DNA of 62,908 bases, filler included, from Reclinomonas americana ATCC 50394 (Eukaryota), in assembly GCA_048213135.1 (NCBI GenBank). It is 16 parts of 16 records of this genome, joined end to end, with 100 filler letters (N's around TTAATTAATTAA, not from the genome) between each part and the next. Parts side by side here need not be neighbours in the genome. Positions count along the whole stretch, not along the records: positions 39,459 to 44,838 come from AFZH01018529.1; positions 44,939 to 53,401 come from AFZH01018530.1; 14 more parts are not named here. One strand, 5' to 3'. Below, one piece after another: positions 40,461 through 52,158 of the stretch; the stretch's first letter is position 1; each line of letters begins with the position of its first letter. The notes under the pieces were generated by a model that ran no database searches, was not told the origin of the DNA, and worked only from the letters and a program-made list of their open reading frames with translations. Both the position numbers and the translations under genes were made by a program.

Positions 40461-40589
40461 ACTCACCAACAGCAGACATCGAGCGAGAGACACGCGCATG
40501 CAGCAGCGTTGTTGCAAGTCAAGTGAAACGCGTTGTTTCACTGCTGTGCGTAACACGTGCAGGGATCGAGGCAGATGCTCGTGTCGCAG

Positions 40590-41660
40590 AATGATGGATT
40601 GCAGCTGCCTGTCTGTCCATGCCTCATGCAGGATCGCGGCAGAGGGTCGTGTTGGTCACCTCCTGCGTGATGATTTACGAGCTGGGGAACTTGGACCACT
40701 GAGGCACCCAGCCTGCCATCAGCAGCATCTCGGCATGTCGATTGCCTCTTCCTTTCTCGACACGATCCACAACACGCAGTGTCGGCAGAGGCTCTTGCCT
40801 GTTACCTCTTGCACAATCATCGACTTGCACTGCAGGGGATTTGTCGCCACCAGCATCTCGGCGTTTGGATTGCAGCTACCAGTCTCGACACGATCCACAG
40901 CATGCAGTGTCGGCCGGGTCGAGGCAGAGGCTTTTGCCTGTCACCTCTTGCACAGTCATGGACTTGCCCTGCAGGTGATGTGCTCGGCCATCTGCAGCAC
41001 CTCGGCGTATGGATTGCAGCTTCCAGTCTCGACACGATTCACAGCATGCAGTGTTGGATCGAGGCAGAGGATCTTGCCTGTCACAATGATGGACTGCAGT
41101 TGTGCATTCAGTGCTCCGCTATCAGCACCGCCTCGATATGTGGAGCAGCTGCCAGTTTCTCAACACACCAACCTCGCGTTTCCTTGTACGCCCGTAACAA
41201 ATGCAGGACGGGGCAGAAGCTCGAGCCTGTCACCTCTTGCGGCAAGCAATGATCGGTGAGGAGGTCCGCCACCAGCAGCATCTCGGCTTGTGGATTGCAC
41301 CTGCCTTAGCACGATGCAAATGCCGTGAGGTAGAAGGTTATGCACGATGGTTCTCATGCTGTTTGGGCGAAACACTTCTGCACCCAGCCTGGCCTGCCAT
41401 CAGCTGCGCCTGGTTGCAGATGCCTCTGCACGATCCCTTCGCTCATCGGAGTCTTTCCTCCTTGCACCCATGACACATGCAGCATCGAGGCATACAAGGT
41501 TTTTGGGGGCGAAACACTTCTGCACCCAACCAGCCACCTGCAACACCTCAGGCGCATGAATCGTTTCAGCCAGTCTCGATCAAGATCAAGGCGGAAGCTG
41601 CGTCGGTCACGCCATGCAGAATCATCGAGTCAGCTGCCAGTTTCTCAACAGCAGTCGATC
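40590..41660. repeat. Intergenic degenerate tandem repeat (~130-145 bp units)
   Basis: Units contain CAGCATCTCGGCG..GGATTGCAGCT.CCAGTCTCGACACGAT..GCAGAGG..TTGCCTGTCACCTCTTGC. The anchor TCTCGACACGAT sits at ~40755, 40883 and 41027, with more decayed copies to ~41650. Confidence 0.75.
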
Positions 41661-41701
41661 CTTTTCCTTTTGCCTCCCATCATTCACCCTCCTACCACGC
41701 T

Positions 41702-42604
41702 CTATATTGCGTTCACAGGCTCCTTGTACGCCCACAACATGTAGTTGACGGCGGTGTCTGTCGGATCAAGCCAGAAGCTCATGCGCAGCGGATTGACGCC
41801 GACACCGGTCACGTCCTGCACAATGAGCCCGCTGCGACTGCAATGATGCGCCAGCTCGCCCGGCGTGAGGAACTTGGTCCACTGATGCGTGCCCGGCGGC
41901 ACCCAGCCCGTGATGTGCTCCGCCACCAGCAGCGCCTCGACATACGATCGCGCCGTGCGATTGATCGTCGACAGAAACACGGGCGCGCCGGGCTTGGCCA
42001 GCTGCGCCAGCGAGGCCACGAGCTGCGGCACATTGGCCACATGCTCAATGACCTCCATCGCGCACACAACATCAAACTGCCGCCCGCTGGCCACCAGCTC
42101 CTCCGCCGTCGTGCACACATAGTCGACTCGCGGCTTCTGTCTCGAGTTGAACCGCGCCACCTGCACGCTCTCCTCGACCATATCAACGCCAGTGACCGAG
42201 TCGGCGCCCAAACGCGCCAGTGACTCGCTGAGAATGCCTCCACCACACCCAATGTCGACAAAGGAGAGGCCGCGGAAGGGCAGCGGCCCGGCACATTGCT
42301 CGTCGGAGATACGATCGGCGTAGACTTGACTGACCACGCGACGAATGTAGTCCATGCGAATGGGGTTCATCTGCGAGAGAGGCAAAGTGAGTGGGCCAGT
42401 GAGGGAAAGAGGGAGAGTGAGAGACGCAACGCGATGAAGTGCGCGGAAAGCTCCATCCGGTCGCCACCACTCATTGGCCAGCTTGCGGAATCTGCACGCA
42501 CGCATGAGTGAAGCACAGGCAAGCATGGAGGCTTGTCACTCTCACCGTGCAGCCTCTGCGCTGTCCACTGTGCTGACACATCGCCTGCTCAGTCGCCACA
42601 ACAT
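41702..42604 (-). CDS. COQ3: Ubiquinone biosynthesis O-methyltransferase (COQ3/UbiG)
   Basis: FRKLANEWWRPDGAFRALHR|MNPIR, VDIGCGGGILSESLARLGA, FDVVCAMEVIEHV, LSTINRT and PPGTHQWTKFLTP. Confidence 0.95.
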
Positions 42605-42642
42605 GACTTCGGTTGTCCTGCCACTCACTCTTCACCAACGAA

Positions 42643-44690
42643 ATGCTGCGCGCATGTCGACGTCTGCTCAGCAGCAGTGGCCCGCACATCGACCGCTTCA
42701 AGCTGCCGCCCGCCTCGCCGGGACAACGTCGCCCACTGACACAAAAAAACGAACTGACGCGCGAGCTGCAGACGCGCATTCGCACGCGCGGCCCGCTGTC
42801 CATTGCCGAGTTCATGTCCGAGTGCCTGACGAATCCGCGACACGGGTACTACATGCGTCGCGATGTATTTGGTACCGGCGGCGATTTCATTACGGCGCCG
42901 GAGATCAGTCAGGTGTTTGGCGAGTGCGTCGGCGTGTGGTGCGCACTGGTCGCCGAGCAGCTGCAGGACGCGCCGCGAGTGCATCTGGTGGAGATTGGTC
43001 CGGGCCGGGGAACGCTCATGAGCGATGTTATGAAGACGCTGGCGCAGGTGGTGTCTCGCGATCGCCAGCAGCAGGTGGAGGTGCATTTGGTGGAGGCCAG
43101 TCCGGCGCTGCGTCGCATGCAGTATGAGAAGCTTTGTGGCGGTTTGGGAGGCAAGGCGGAAGAGGTGGAGTTTAACCGGGCGTATCCGTCGCGGTTTCGA
43201 GGTGGCGAGTGGAGTGTGTCGTGGTTGCGGGCGTTGTCGGAGCTGCCGGCGGGGGAGGAGCCGGTGATTGTGCTGGCGCAGGAGCTATTTGATGCGCTGC
43301 CGGTGTATCAGTTTGAGTATCGTGAGGGGCGCGGGTGGTGCGAGTTGCTGGTGGATGTCGATGAGTCGGCGGAGGGGTGAGTGACCTTGCTTTTCTCTTT
43401 GTTTGCGGGTGGTGGCTCACTTTGCCGGTGTGGGGCAGTGCGCATGACTTTCGATTGGTGTTGAGTAAGCGGCCGACGTTGGCGTCGATGGCGTTTGCGG
43501 GGAGGTGGGGGGAGGGGGAGGAGGGGGGAAGGAGGAGGAGGCCGGTGGAGGGGGAGAGGATTGAGGTGAGTGAGAGGGGGAAGGGAGGGTAAGGGGGAAG
43601 GGTGGGGAAGGGGGAAGGGTGGGGAAGGGGGAGGAGGGGGAGGGGGAGGAGGAGGAGGAGGAGGAGGAAGAGGAGGAGGAGGAAAAGAAGAAGAAGAGAG
43701 AGTGAGAGTAGACTGAAGAAACAAAAAGAAAGAGGTGGAGGAGAAGGAGAAGAAGGACGAATGCGGAGGAGAAGGAGGAGGAAGAAGAGGAAGAGGGAGA
43801 AAGAGACGGGAGGAGGAGAAGAAAAAAGAAGAAGAAGAAGAAAAAGCGGAGGAGGAGTTGGTGGAAGAGAAAAAAGAAGGTGGAGGGAGGATGAGAATTC
43901 TATTCTTCAGTTCAAAGAATGCATGAGGGTGTCAGTGTCTCTTTCCAAAGAGGCAGAAAAATGGAGTGTTAGAGAGAGTGAGCGGGAGAGGAGAGGAGCG
44001 AGGGGAAGAGCAGAGGCGAGAAAAAGAAAAACAATATCAAGGAGGAGACGAAGGAGAGTCAGAAAATCTGGCAGTGGAGAATAGGATAGTGTGCTGCAGT
44101 TGTGGTGCCAGTGTTGGTGTGTAGAAAGAGAGAGTGAGAGATGAAATGGTGGGTTGGAGAGGTGAGGACGGAGAGGTTGAGCAGGGCAAGTGGGAGGCGG
44201 GATGAAGAAGGATGAGATCAAGGATACGAAGCAGAAGGGGAGGAGGAAGAGGAAGAGGAGAATAAGAAGAGGGTGGCAGGAGGATAGGAATAATGGCAGT
44301 TGAAGGAAGGCAAGAGGGTGTCTCTGTGCGAGAAAGCAGAGAAATGGAGTGTGTGTGTGAGAGAGAGGAGAGGAGAGAAGCAAGAGGTAGAACAGAGGGA
44401 GAAAGACAAACAATAACAAGAAGGAGGAGACAAAGGAGAATCAGCAGTGGAAGAGAATCAGTGTTCTGTAGGTGTCAGTGCCAGAGTGCAAAGAACGAGA
44501 GGCTGAGAGAGAAAATGGTGGGCTGAGCAGAAGAAGTAGAAGGCGGGAAGAAAAGAAGAAGAACAGGAACAAGAAGCAGAAGGAGGACGAAGAGAAAGAG
44601 GAGAATGAGAAGACTGTGGAGGGAATATGAGCGAAAGCAAGTGGGTGTCAGTGTCTGTGCAAGAATACCTGAGAAAATGATGTGAAGAGC

Positions 44691-44724
<34 letters not shown>

Positions 44725-45018
44725 GAGGAGAGAGAGAGAGAGAGAGCAGAGAGGAGGAGAGAAGAGGAGGAAGAAGAGAGAGAGTGAGAGAGTAGAGTGT
44801 GTGCGAGTAGGTGGAGGTCGACCGTAAGTAACGAAGGTNNNNNNNNNNNNNNNNNNNNNNNNNNNNNNNNNNNNNNNNNNNNTTAATTAATTAANNNNNN
44901 NNNNNNNNNNNNNNNNNNNNNNNNNNNNNNNNNNNNNNTAGTAGTAGTAGTAGTAGAGGTAGTAGAGAGTAGAGTAGGTAGTAGTAGAGTAGTAGGTAGT
45001 AGGTAGTAAGTAGTAGAG

Positions 45019-45078
<60 letters not shown>

Positions 45079-45870
45079 GAGGAAGAGGAGAGGAGAAGAA
45101 GACAAGCAGACGGAAGGAGGAGAATCAGGAGGAGGGAAAACAGAAGAGAGCGTGAGGATAGGATAGTGTGCGGCAGTTGAGGTGCCAGTACAAGAGTGTG
45201 GAACGAGAAAATGACGGGAGTGCCGGTGGAGGGCGAATAATCACGCAAGTGAGAGTTCGCAGACGACGATAAAGGCAGAGAGAGCGAGGGTGGTGGAATT
45301 GTTGGGGAGCGAAAGGCCAGAAAGGGGAAGGCTTCTTCCTTGTCTCCACTCGCATACTTATCGTGCCCTCAGGTATCCCCTGCCAGCACACTGCTGGCGC
45401 AGAGCATCGCCCAGCACCTGCGGAAACGACGCGGCGCCTGTCTGATTGTCGACTATGGTGACGACAAGGCGATGCCGTGGACGCTGCAGGCGATTCGGCA
45501 GCACCAGTTTGTGGAGCTGTTGGAGTCGCCGGGCGAGTGCGATCTGAGCGTGTACGTCGACTTTGCGGCGTTGCGGACCGCCGTGCAGAGCATGCCGGCG
45601 ATCGCGACGAGCACAGATGGTGCGCACGCGGTTACGGTGCACGGACCGCTCACGCAGCAGGCGTTTCTGTGTGGCTGTGGGCTGGAGCCGCGACTGGAGG
45701 CGCTGGTCGAGTCGGTGGTGGGTGCCGGAGAAGGGGAGGCCAAGGCGGAGGAGTTGGTGGATGCTTGTGTGCGGCTGATTGATCCGGAGCAGATGGGTGT
45801 GAGGTACAAGGCGATGGCGTTGACGGCGGGGATTGCTAGTTGTCCTGTGTTTGGGGTGAGGGGGGAGTGA
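42643..45870 (+). CDS. NDUFAF7: Complex I assembly arginine methyltransferase NDUFAF7 (MidA), spanning a gap
   Basis: GPLSIAEFMSECLTNPRHGYY..FGTGGDFITAPEISQVFGE, VEIGPGRGTLM, AQELFDALP, LIVDYG, PGECDLSVYVDF and RLIDPEQMG. Confidence 0.95.
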
Positions 45871-46182
45871 AGATGCAGGAGGTGTGGATCGGGAAGAGGG
45901 AGGTCACTTCGTGGTCATGTCTGAACGACGTCGAAAAATGGTTGGCGTGTTGATCTGTGGCGATTAGGAGCGGGAGGTGTGAGATGGAAAGCGAGGCTGG
46001 AGAGCGTGCAATCGATGACGGTGAAGGCGATCGTGAAGGCGGAAGGTTCGAAAAAAGTCCTGCATGATAAACACACGTCGGTACTGCAGAGACCTCCTCG
46101 GGAATAGCACGCGATCAAGTCGACTGACTGTGAGACGAGAGCAAGGAACACACTTCAACACGATCAAAGACCAACAACGAGA

Positions 46183-49100
46183 ATGTCGGTGAGTTGTATT
46201 GATTGTGGGGGACGCTTGTTGTTCGCATTCTTCCCTTCTTCTCTCTGTCTCATCTCTTGTCGCTCACTGGCCTCGATTATCGCAGTATACTGTGCGTGTG
46301 ATCGCTTCGCACAGTCCATCGCTGTCTGTGGAGGTGGAAGGAATGACGGCAACGACGACTCTTGCAGACTTGCTGCTCGAGGCCACACGCTTGCTGCGTG
46401 AGAAGAGTGGAGATGAGGAGATGGATATTGTGGGGGTGGAGAAGCCAGTGGAGTACGACTTGGAGGATGCGAGTGTGCTGAAGCTGAAATCTCTGGGAAT
46501 CAAACCGAACACAGAGATTGTTGTCAGCCTGACGACAATCGCAGCTCCGCTGGGGAGGTGCGTGCGTGCGTGTGTGTGTGATAGAGAGAGAGAGAGAGAG
46601 CACGTGTGTGTGCGGTTTGTTGACTGTTGTGCGTCTACGTAGGAAGCGCCCCGCAGAGGGTTCTGCGCGTGACGCGCCGCCACTCAAGCGACAAAATACG
46701 CTCGCACATGTGAGTTGCGCCAGTGACGAGCCGGCACCGGCAACAGCAATGGAAGAGGACGGCGACACCCCAGCGTCGATCACCGGCAGTGCAGCCGCAC
46801 CGAGCGGGGATTCTTCATCGTCGGAGGTGGTACGTGGCGCAGTCGTCATTGATTTTATACTCGTTCTTGTTGCTCGACCTGCGTGAGTATCCATGTCCCG
46901 CCTTCTTTGTTAATTCGCTGAGCAAGCTTTCTTTGTGTGGCAGTTGCTTGTCTTGCAGCTGTGCTGTTGCTCACTTGTGTGCTCTCGCACACAGTTTTCT
47001 GTGGAGGTCAGCACTGATGTTGCACCCGTTGGTCATACCATATCCGTTCGCGTCAATGGACTACGCTCGACCAGCACCGTCGGCGACTTGCTCGACCGTG
47101 CCCTGGTGGCTTTGCGGAGCGTGACGCGCTGTGACCAGCTGGAAATCATCGAGTTCGTGTCACCGCAGAAGCTCCCACTGGGGAAAAAGAAGCGAACATC
47201 CACTTGTCAAATGCCTCTCGCAGACGCGGGGATTGTTGCAAACACGACGGTGAAGGTGGCGGTCAAAGGGTTCGTGTGCACACGTTTTCGCAGTAATGCG
47301 TCTGTGTTTTTACCTCTCTGACGTCGCGAGTAGTGTCGCTGCAGAGTCGCCATCTCCGCCGCCTTCGGAGCCGATGCTAGCAGAACCGGAGGGAGAGGCA
47401 TCAGGATCTAGACTGTCTGCGGAGCGGCGGTCAGTTTTCTATCTTGCCCTATCAGCGTGTCACCGCACTGACACCCGACTGCAGGGTTATCAATTACAAC
47501 CGCATGTACGCAGCCTGTGAGGTGGTGGAGGAGGCCGTGCGTCTTCGCTGTCAACGCGCTCTGGCGCAGTTCAGCCGCGATCATCCAGCCTTTGATGTGC
47601 GGGCGTGGGTACCGAGTTTCACGCCTGCTGGCATGGATGCGGCTGCTGTAGAGGTGTGGCGTGCACGGCATGCTCCACTCCACCCTTCTCGAGTCAAGTT
47701 GTTTGAGGAAAAACGCCGGGCGATGCTGAAATGGCGGCGCGCTTTCGACGCGGACCCCTCATCTGACCCTTCTTGTGACGGATTCGACACGACGGCTCTG
47801 CACACCATCATGCTGTATGGTGGCTTTGTTTACGATGACGGTCGCAAGCTGCTGCTGATTGACAATGCTGACGAGCGGAAGGCTGTGGAGGAGCTGAATG
47901 ACGTGAGGAAGGGGTTGGCACACAAGGACCTCGTGCTGATAGACACCATTGTGCAGCGGTATCTCGGTGACGGTGGCGCCTTGCCGTCCATTCTCTCTCG
48001 CCTGCTGTTGATGGCTGATGAAATTCCAGAGTTTACTCGCCGTATTTGTGAGGCCCGCCTCGTGGACATTCGTATCGATACATTTCATTTGCGGCTTCAA
48101 CGACTGGCGGCACGTGAGGTGGCCTGCTATCACGAGGATGAGAATGTGCACAAGGACATGCAGATGTATGTGCCACTGCTGTGCTCTCGTGAGCGTGACG
48201 TCTTGACGAGTGACAAGTTGATGGATCTATTGACGGAGGTGGATGCTTTCCTCGTCGACACCAACACCACTCAGCGTGTACTGGTGTTGTTTGGTAACAG
48301 TGGTGCCGGCAAGACCACCACCATTTCGGTGCTGGCCGAACGAGCATGGCGGCAGTGGCAGAAGAACACGAGCAGACGAGTGCCTGTGCGTGTGCCTCTT
48401 GGTGCTCTGCGCAATGCCGACGAGCGACTGTTGGAGGAGGCACTGGAGCGACTGTCGCCCGAGTTGGGATTGGAGGCGGACGTGCGACGGTTGAAGGATG
48501 AACCGCTGCTGCTTTTGCTTGACGGGTACGATGAGCTGTATCGTGGTGTGAATCTGTTTCTTAAGAACCAGCTGGATTCGTCTGTGTGCCGTGATTTGAA
48601 AGTGATTATCACCTGTCGAGGCGATTACGCACTAACGGCACTGGGTGGTGTGACGCAGTATCGACGGTATTTTGCGCCGGTGGATGCACGAGGACAGTTG
48701 TGCATGCAGCAGCTGATGGAGCGACACATTGCACCGTTCACCAAGGAGCAGATTGAGGAGTACTTTGAGCGACTGGTGCGTGTGGGCTGTGGTGGTGATG
48801 ATGATGGCGAAGTGCGATGGTCAACTGCCGACGAGTACATTCGTGCACTGGAGAGTGTGCATGGACTGGATGCACTGGTGTCGAATCCGTTCCTGTTGGC
48901 AGTGGTGGCTCGTGTGCTGCCGGAGTTGGTGGCGAGTGGCGTGCAGCGACCGACTCGGTGTGATGTGTTTGACCGATTCATTCGACAGTGGATTGTGAGG
49001 GAGCAAGATCGACAGACAGTTCTCGGGGCTGAGCGTGTGCCGAGTGAGGAGACGTGTCTGGCATTCTGTGAGGGACTGGCACGGCTGATGTACGAACACA

Positions 49101-51754
49101 AGCTCACAAATATTGTGTGGTCAGAGCCACCTGCTGACGTGTCCGATAGAAGACGCTACGGTGCATATGTGGCTATGCGTCCCACGAATCCATTTGATGT
49201 ATTCCTGGGAAAAGATGATGAATGGGTGCGAGTGTGCTGCCCGATTGTGCGACTGTATGGGACGACGCAGTGGGGATTCGTGCATCTGTCGTTGCTGGAG
49301 CACTGTGTGGCACGGCATGTGTTTGCGTGGGAGACGTGGGATGAGGAGAGGAGACTGACGATAGAAGATATGCAGCAGCATGTGTTGGCAGTGCGATTGC
49401 TCAATGATCGACCATCGTTGGTGGAGCAGATAGCCGAGGTAGTGCGACGGTCTCCTGCATTGCAAGCGAGACTCTGGGAGGTGATTTATTTGTCACGGGA
49501 GGTGGATGAGGAGCGATTGGTGACGGCCGCCGCGAATGCAGCAACAGTGTTGTGTGTGGCTGAAGTGTCGTTCAGTGGGCGAGATCTGTCGGGTGTGCGA
49601 GTGAGGGGAGCGGATTTGAGGGATGCGGTGATGCACAGGACGGTGTGGAGGGGAGCGGACTTGCGTAGGGTGAATGTGTGCATGGCGTTTGCGAGGGAGG
49701 CGGACTTCCGAGAGGCGGATGTGACGGATGTGAAGTGGCCGAGGAAGCCTATGGAGGGTCACACTGGTGATGTGAGATCTGTTGCCGTCACTCCAGACGG
49801 TCAATTTGCTGTCAGCGGGAGTGATGACACGACTGTACGGGTGTGGTCACTGGCAAGTGAAGAAACACTGGTTCTATTGGAGGGGCACACTGAAAAGGTG
49901 TGGTCTGTTGCCGTCACTCCCGATGGCCAGCACGTTATAAGTGCGAGCGAAGACAAGACGGTGCGCGTATGGTCACTGCAGCTTGGAGAGGAAGTGCGAC
50001 GGTTGGAGGGACACACTCGAGAGGTGCGATCTGTCGCCGTTACTCCCGATGGCAAGCACATTGTGAGTGGGAGTGATGATGAGACTATTCGATTATGGTC
50101 ACTGACCAGCGGAGATGAAGTGCGACTGTATTTGGGACACACTCACTTTGTGTGGTCTGTCGCAGTCACTCCCAACGGTGAGCACATTGTGAGTGGAAGT
50201 TGGGACAGTACAGTACGAGTGTGGTCCCTGGTGAGTGGCGAAGAAGAGAGACGCCTGGAGGGACACGCTGACATGGTGCTGTCCGTTGCCGTTACTCCCG
50301 ACGGACAGCATGTGGTGAGTGGAAGCAGTGACGAGACAGTGCGAGTGTGGTCCCTGGCGAGTGGCGAAGAAGTGCGACAGCTGTATGGGCACGCTGACTG
50401 TGTGCAGTCCATCGCCACCACTCCTGATAATCAGTATGTCGTGAGTGGGAGTAGTGATGCGACAGTGCGCGTGTGGTCGCTGGCGAGTGGAGAAGTAGTG
50501 CGGCGACTGGAGAGGCACACTGATGTGGTGTTCGCCGTCGCCGTCACTCCCGATGGTCATCACATTCTAAGCGGTGGAGATACAACAGTACAAATTTTGT
50601 CCCTGACGAGCGGTGAAGAAGTGCGACGATTAGAGGGTCATTTCAAGTTGGTGCAGTGTGTTGCCATCACCCCTAACGGTCAGTGCGTTGCGAGCGGGAG
50701 CGAGGACGAGACAGTGCGAGTGTGGTCGCTGTCGAGTGGAGAGGAGATTCGACGACTGGCGGGACACAGTGGGTGGGTGCAGTCTGTTGCCATCACCCCC
50801 GATAGCCAGCGCATGCTGAGTGTTGACGATGATGGGACAGTGCGAGTGTTTAATTTGGCACATGGTGGAGAAGAAGGTCGATTTGCTTATGTAGTGTCAT
50901 CGGCCTCTGTCACGCCCGATGTTCAGCAAGTCGATGATGATGCGACAGTGCAGGTGTTGTTTAGAGTGAGTGGCGCTGGGATTCGGCCGTTTGACGAACG
51001 CACTGATGCAGTCAACTGTGTCGCCATCGCTCCCGACGGTCTGCATGTCGTGAGTGGAAATAATGACGGGACTGTGCGATTGTGGTTGCTGGCGAGTGGC
51101 GAGGAATTGCATCGCTCGGAGGGACTCGTTGATGGAGTGCGGTCTGTCGCTGTCGCTGCCAGTGGTCACCACGTTGTGAGTGGAGGTGGCGACAAAACAG
51201 TGCGAGTGTGGTCATTTGCGAGTGGGGAGGAATTGCTGCGGTTGGAGGGGCACACTGAAGCTGTAGAGTCAGTGGTCATGACGCCTGATGGTCAGCATGT
51301 TGTGAGTGGTGGCGAAGACATGACTGTGCGACTGTGGTCTGTCGCGAGTGGAGAACAAGTGCTGCAGTTTAATGGACATACTGAATCCGTCACCATAACT
51401 CCCGATGGTCACCACATCGTGAGTGGAGGTGTTGACACAATAATTCGAGTGTGGTCTTTGGCAAGTGGAGAGGAGATTCGACGACTGGAGGGACACACTG
51501 CTGAGGTGCACAGTGTCGTCGTCAGTGCTGATGGTCGGCATGTAGTGAGCGGGAGCTGGGACCATACAGTACGAGTATGGTCGCTGGCGAATGGAGAAGA
51601 AGTGCGTCACAGTGCAGAATCCGACCTTGGCGACGCATCTCAATCGTGCAGCGACACTGCCGAGCGAATTGCTCCTGGACCTGCACCGATGGGCAACTTG
51701 CTCGTGCGTGTAATCGGCTCCTTCCTACCCGATTTTGCTGGTGCTTTGTATTAG
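46183..51754 (+). CDS. NLR-like STAND protein: 2x ubiquitin-like - HEPN-like - NACHT - pentapeptide repeats - ~15 WD40
   Basis: Short 5' exons followed by one 4.27-kb exon (47485-51754). Walker A GNSGAGKT (48293), Walker B LLLLLDGYDE (~48506-48535), NPFLL and FVHLSLLEH (NACHT winged helix). Pentapeptide repeats at ~49570-49740; 42-aa GH...W WD40 units at ~49750-51600. Confidence 0.9.
49750..51600 (+). repeat. Coding tandem array of 126-bp WD40 units
   Basis: Recurrent nucleotide blocks such as GTCACTCCCGATGG..GTGAGTGG..GTGCGAGTGTGGTC at ~126-nt period. One unit (~50880-50990) is degenerate. Confidence 0.9.
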
Positions 51755-52158
51755 TGAATTAATTCGAAGAAGTCGTGGCCAGAGTGCTCATCGAACAGTC
51801 GATTGTCGAAGCTCCGAGATACAGTGGATGCACTGCGCTGTGACTTCCGAAGGTGAGGCCAACCTCTCTTGCCTGACTGGATACTCCGCAAGCCTTAACC
51901 TCATACGCTGCCCCAAAGCTTGCCGATCATGACAGTCCGGCCCCCTCTTTCATTCTGTCCTTTCTTTGCCCTTGCATCCATAGCCATTGACCCTGGGCAA
52001 TGCATATAGGAGGTTCTCATTCAAGACCCTTCCACTTCCGAGCGACGTCGCTGTGTCCTGCACCACAATCACTTTTTCCTCTCTTCTCAGCGCGCGCGCA
52101 CACCGCCCTCGCACTAACTCCACACGAAGAAGAAGAAGAAGAAGCAGCACCTCGAAGA

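Noticed and set aside
40700..41300. Possible CRISPR-like repeat-spacer array
   Set aside because: Whole units are homologous and degenerate, with no unique spacers and no cas genes, in a eukaryotic context.
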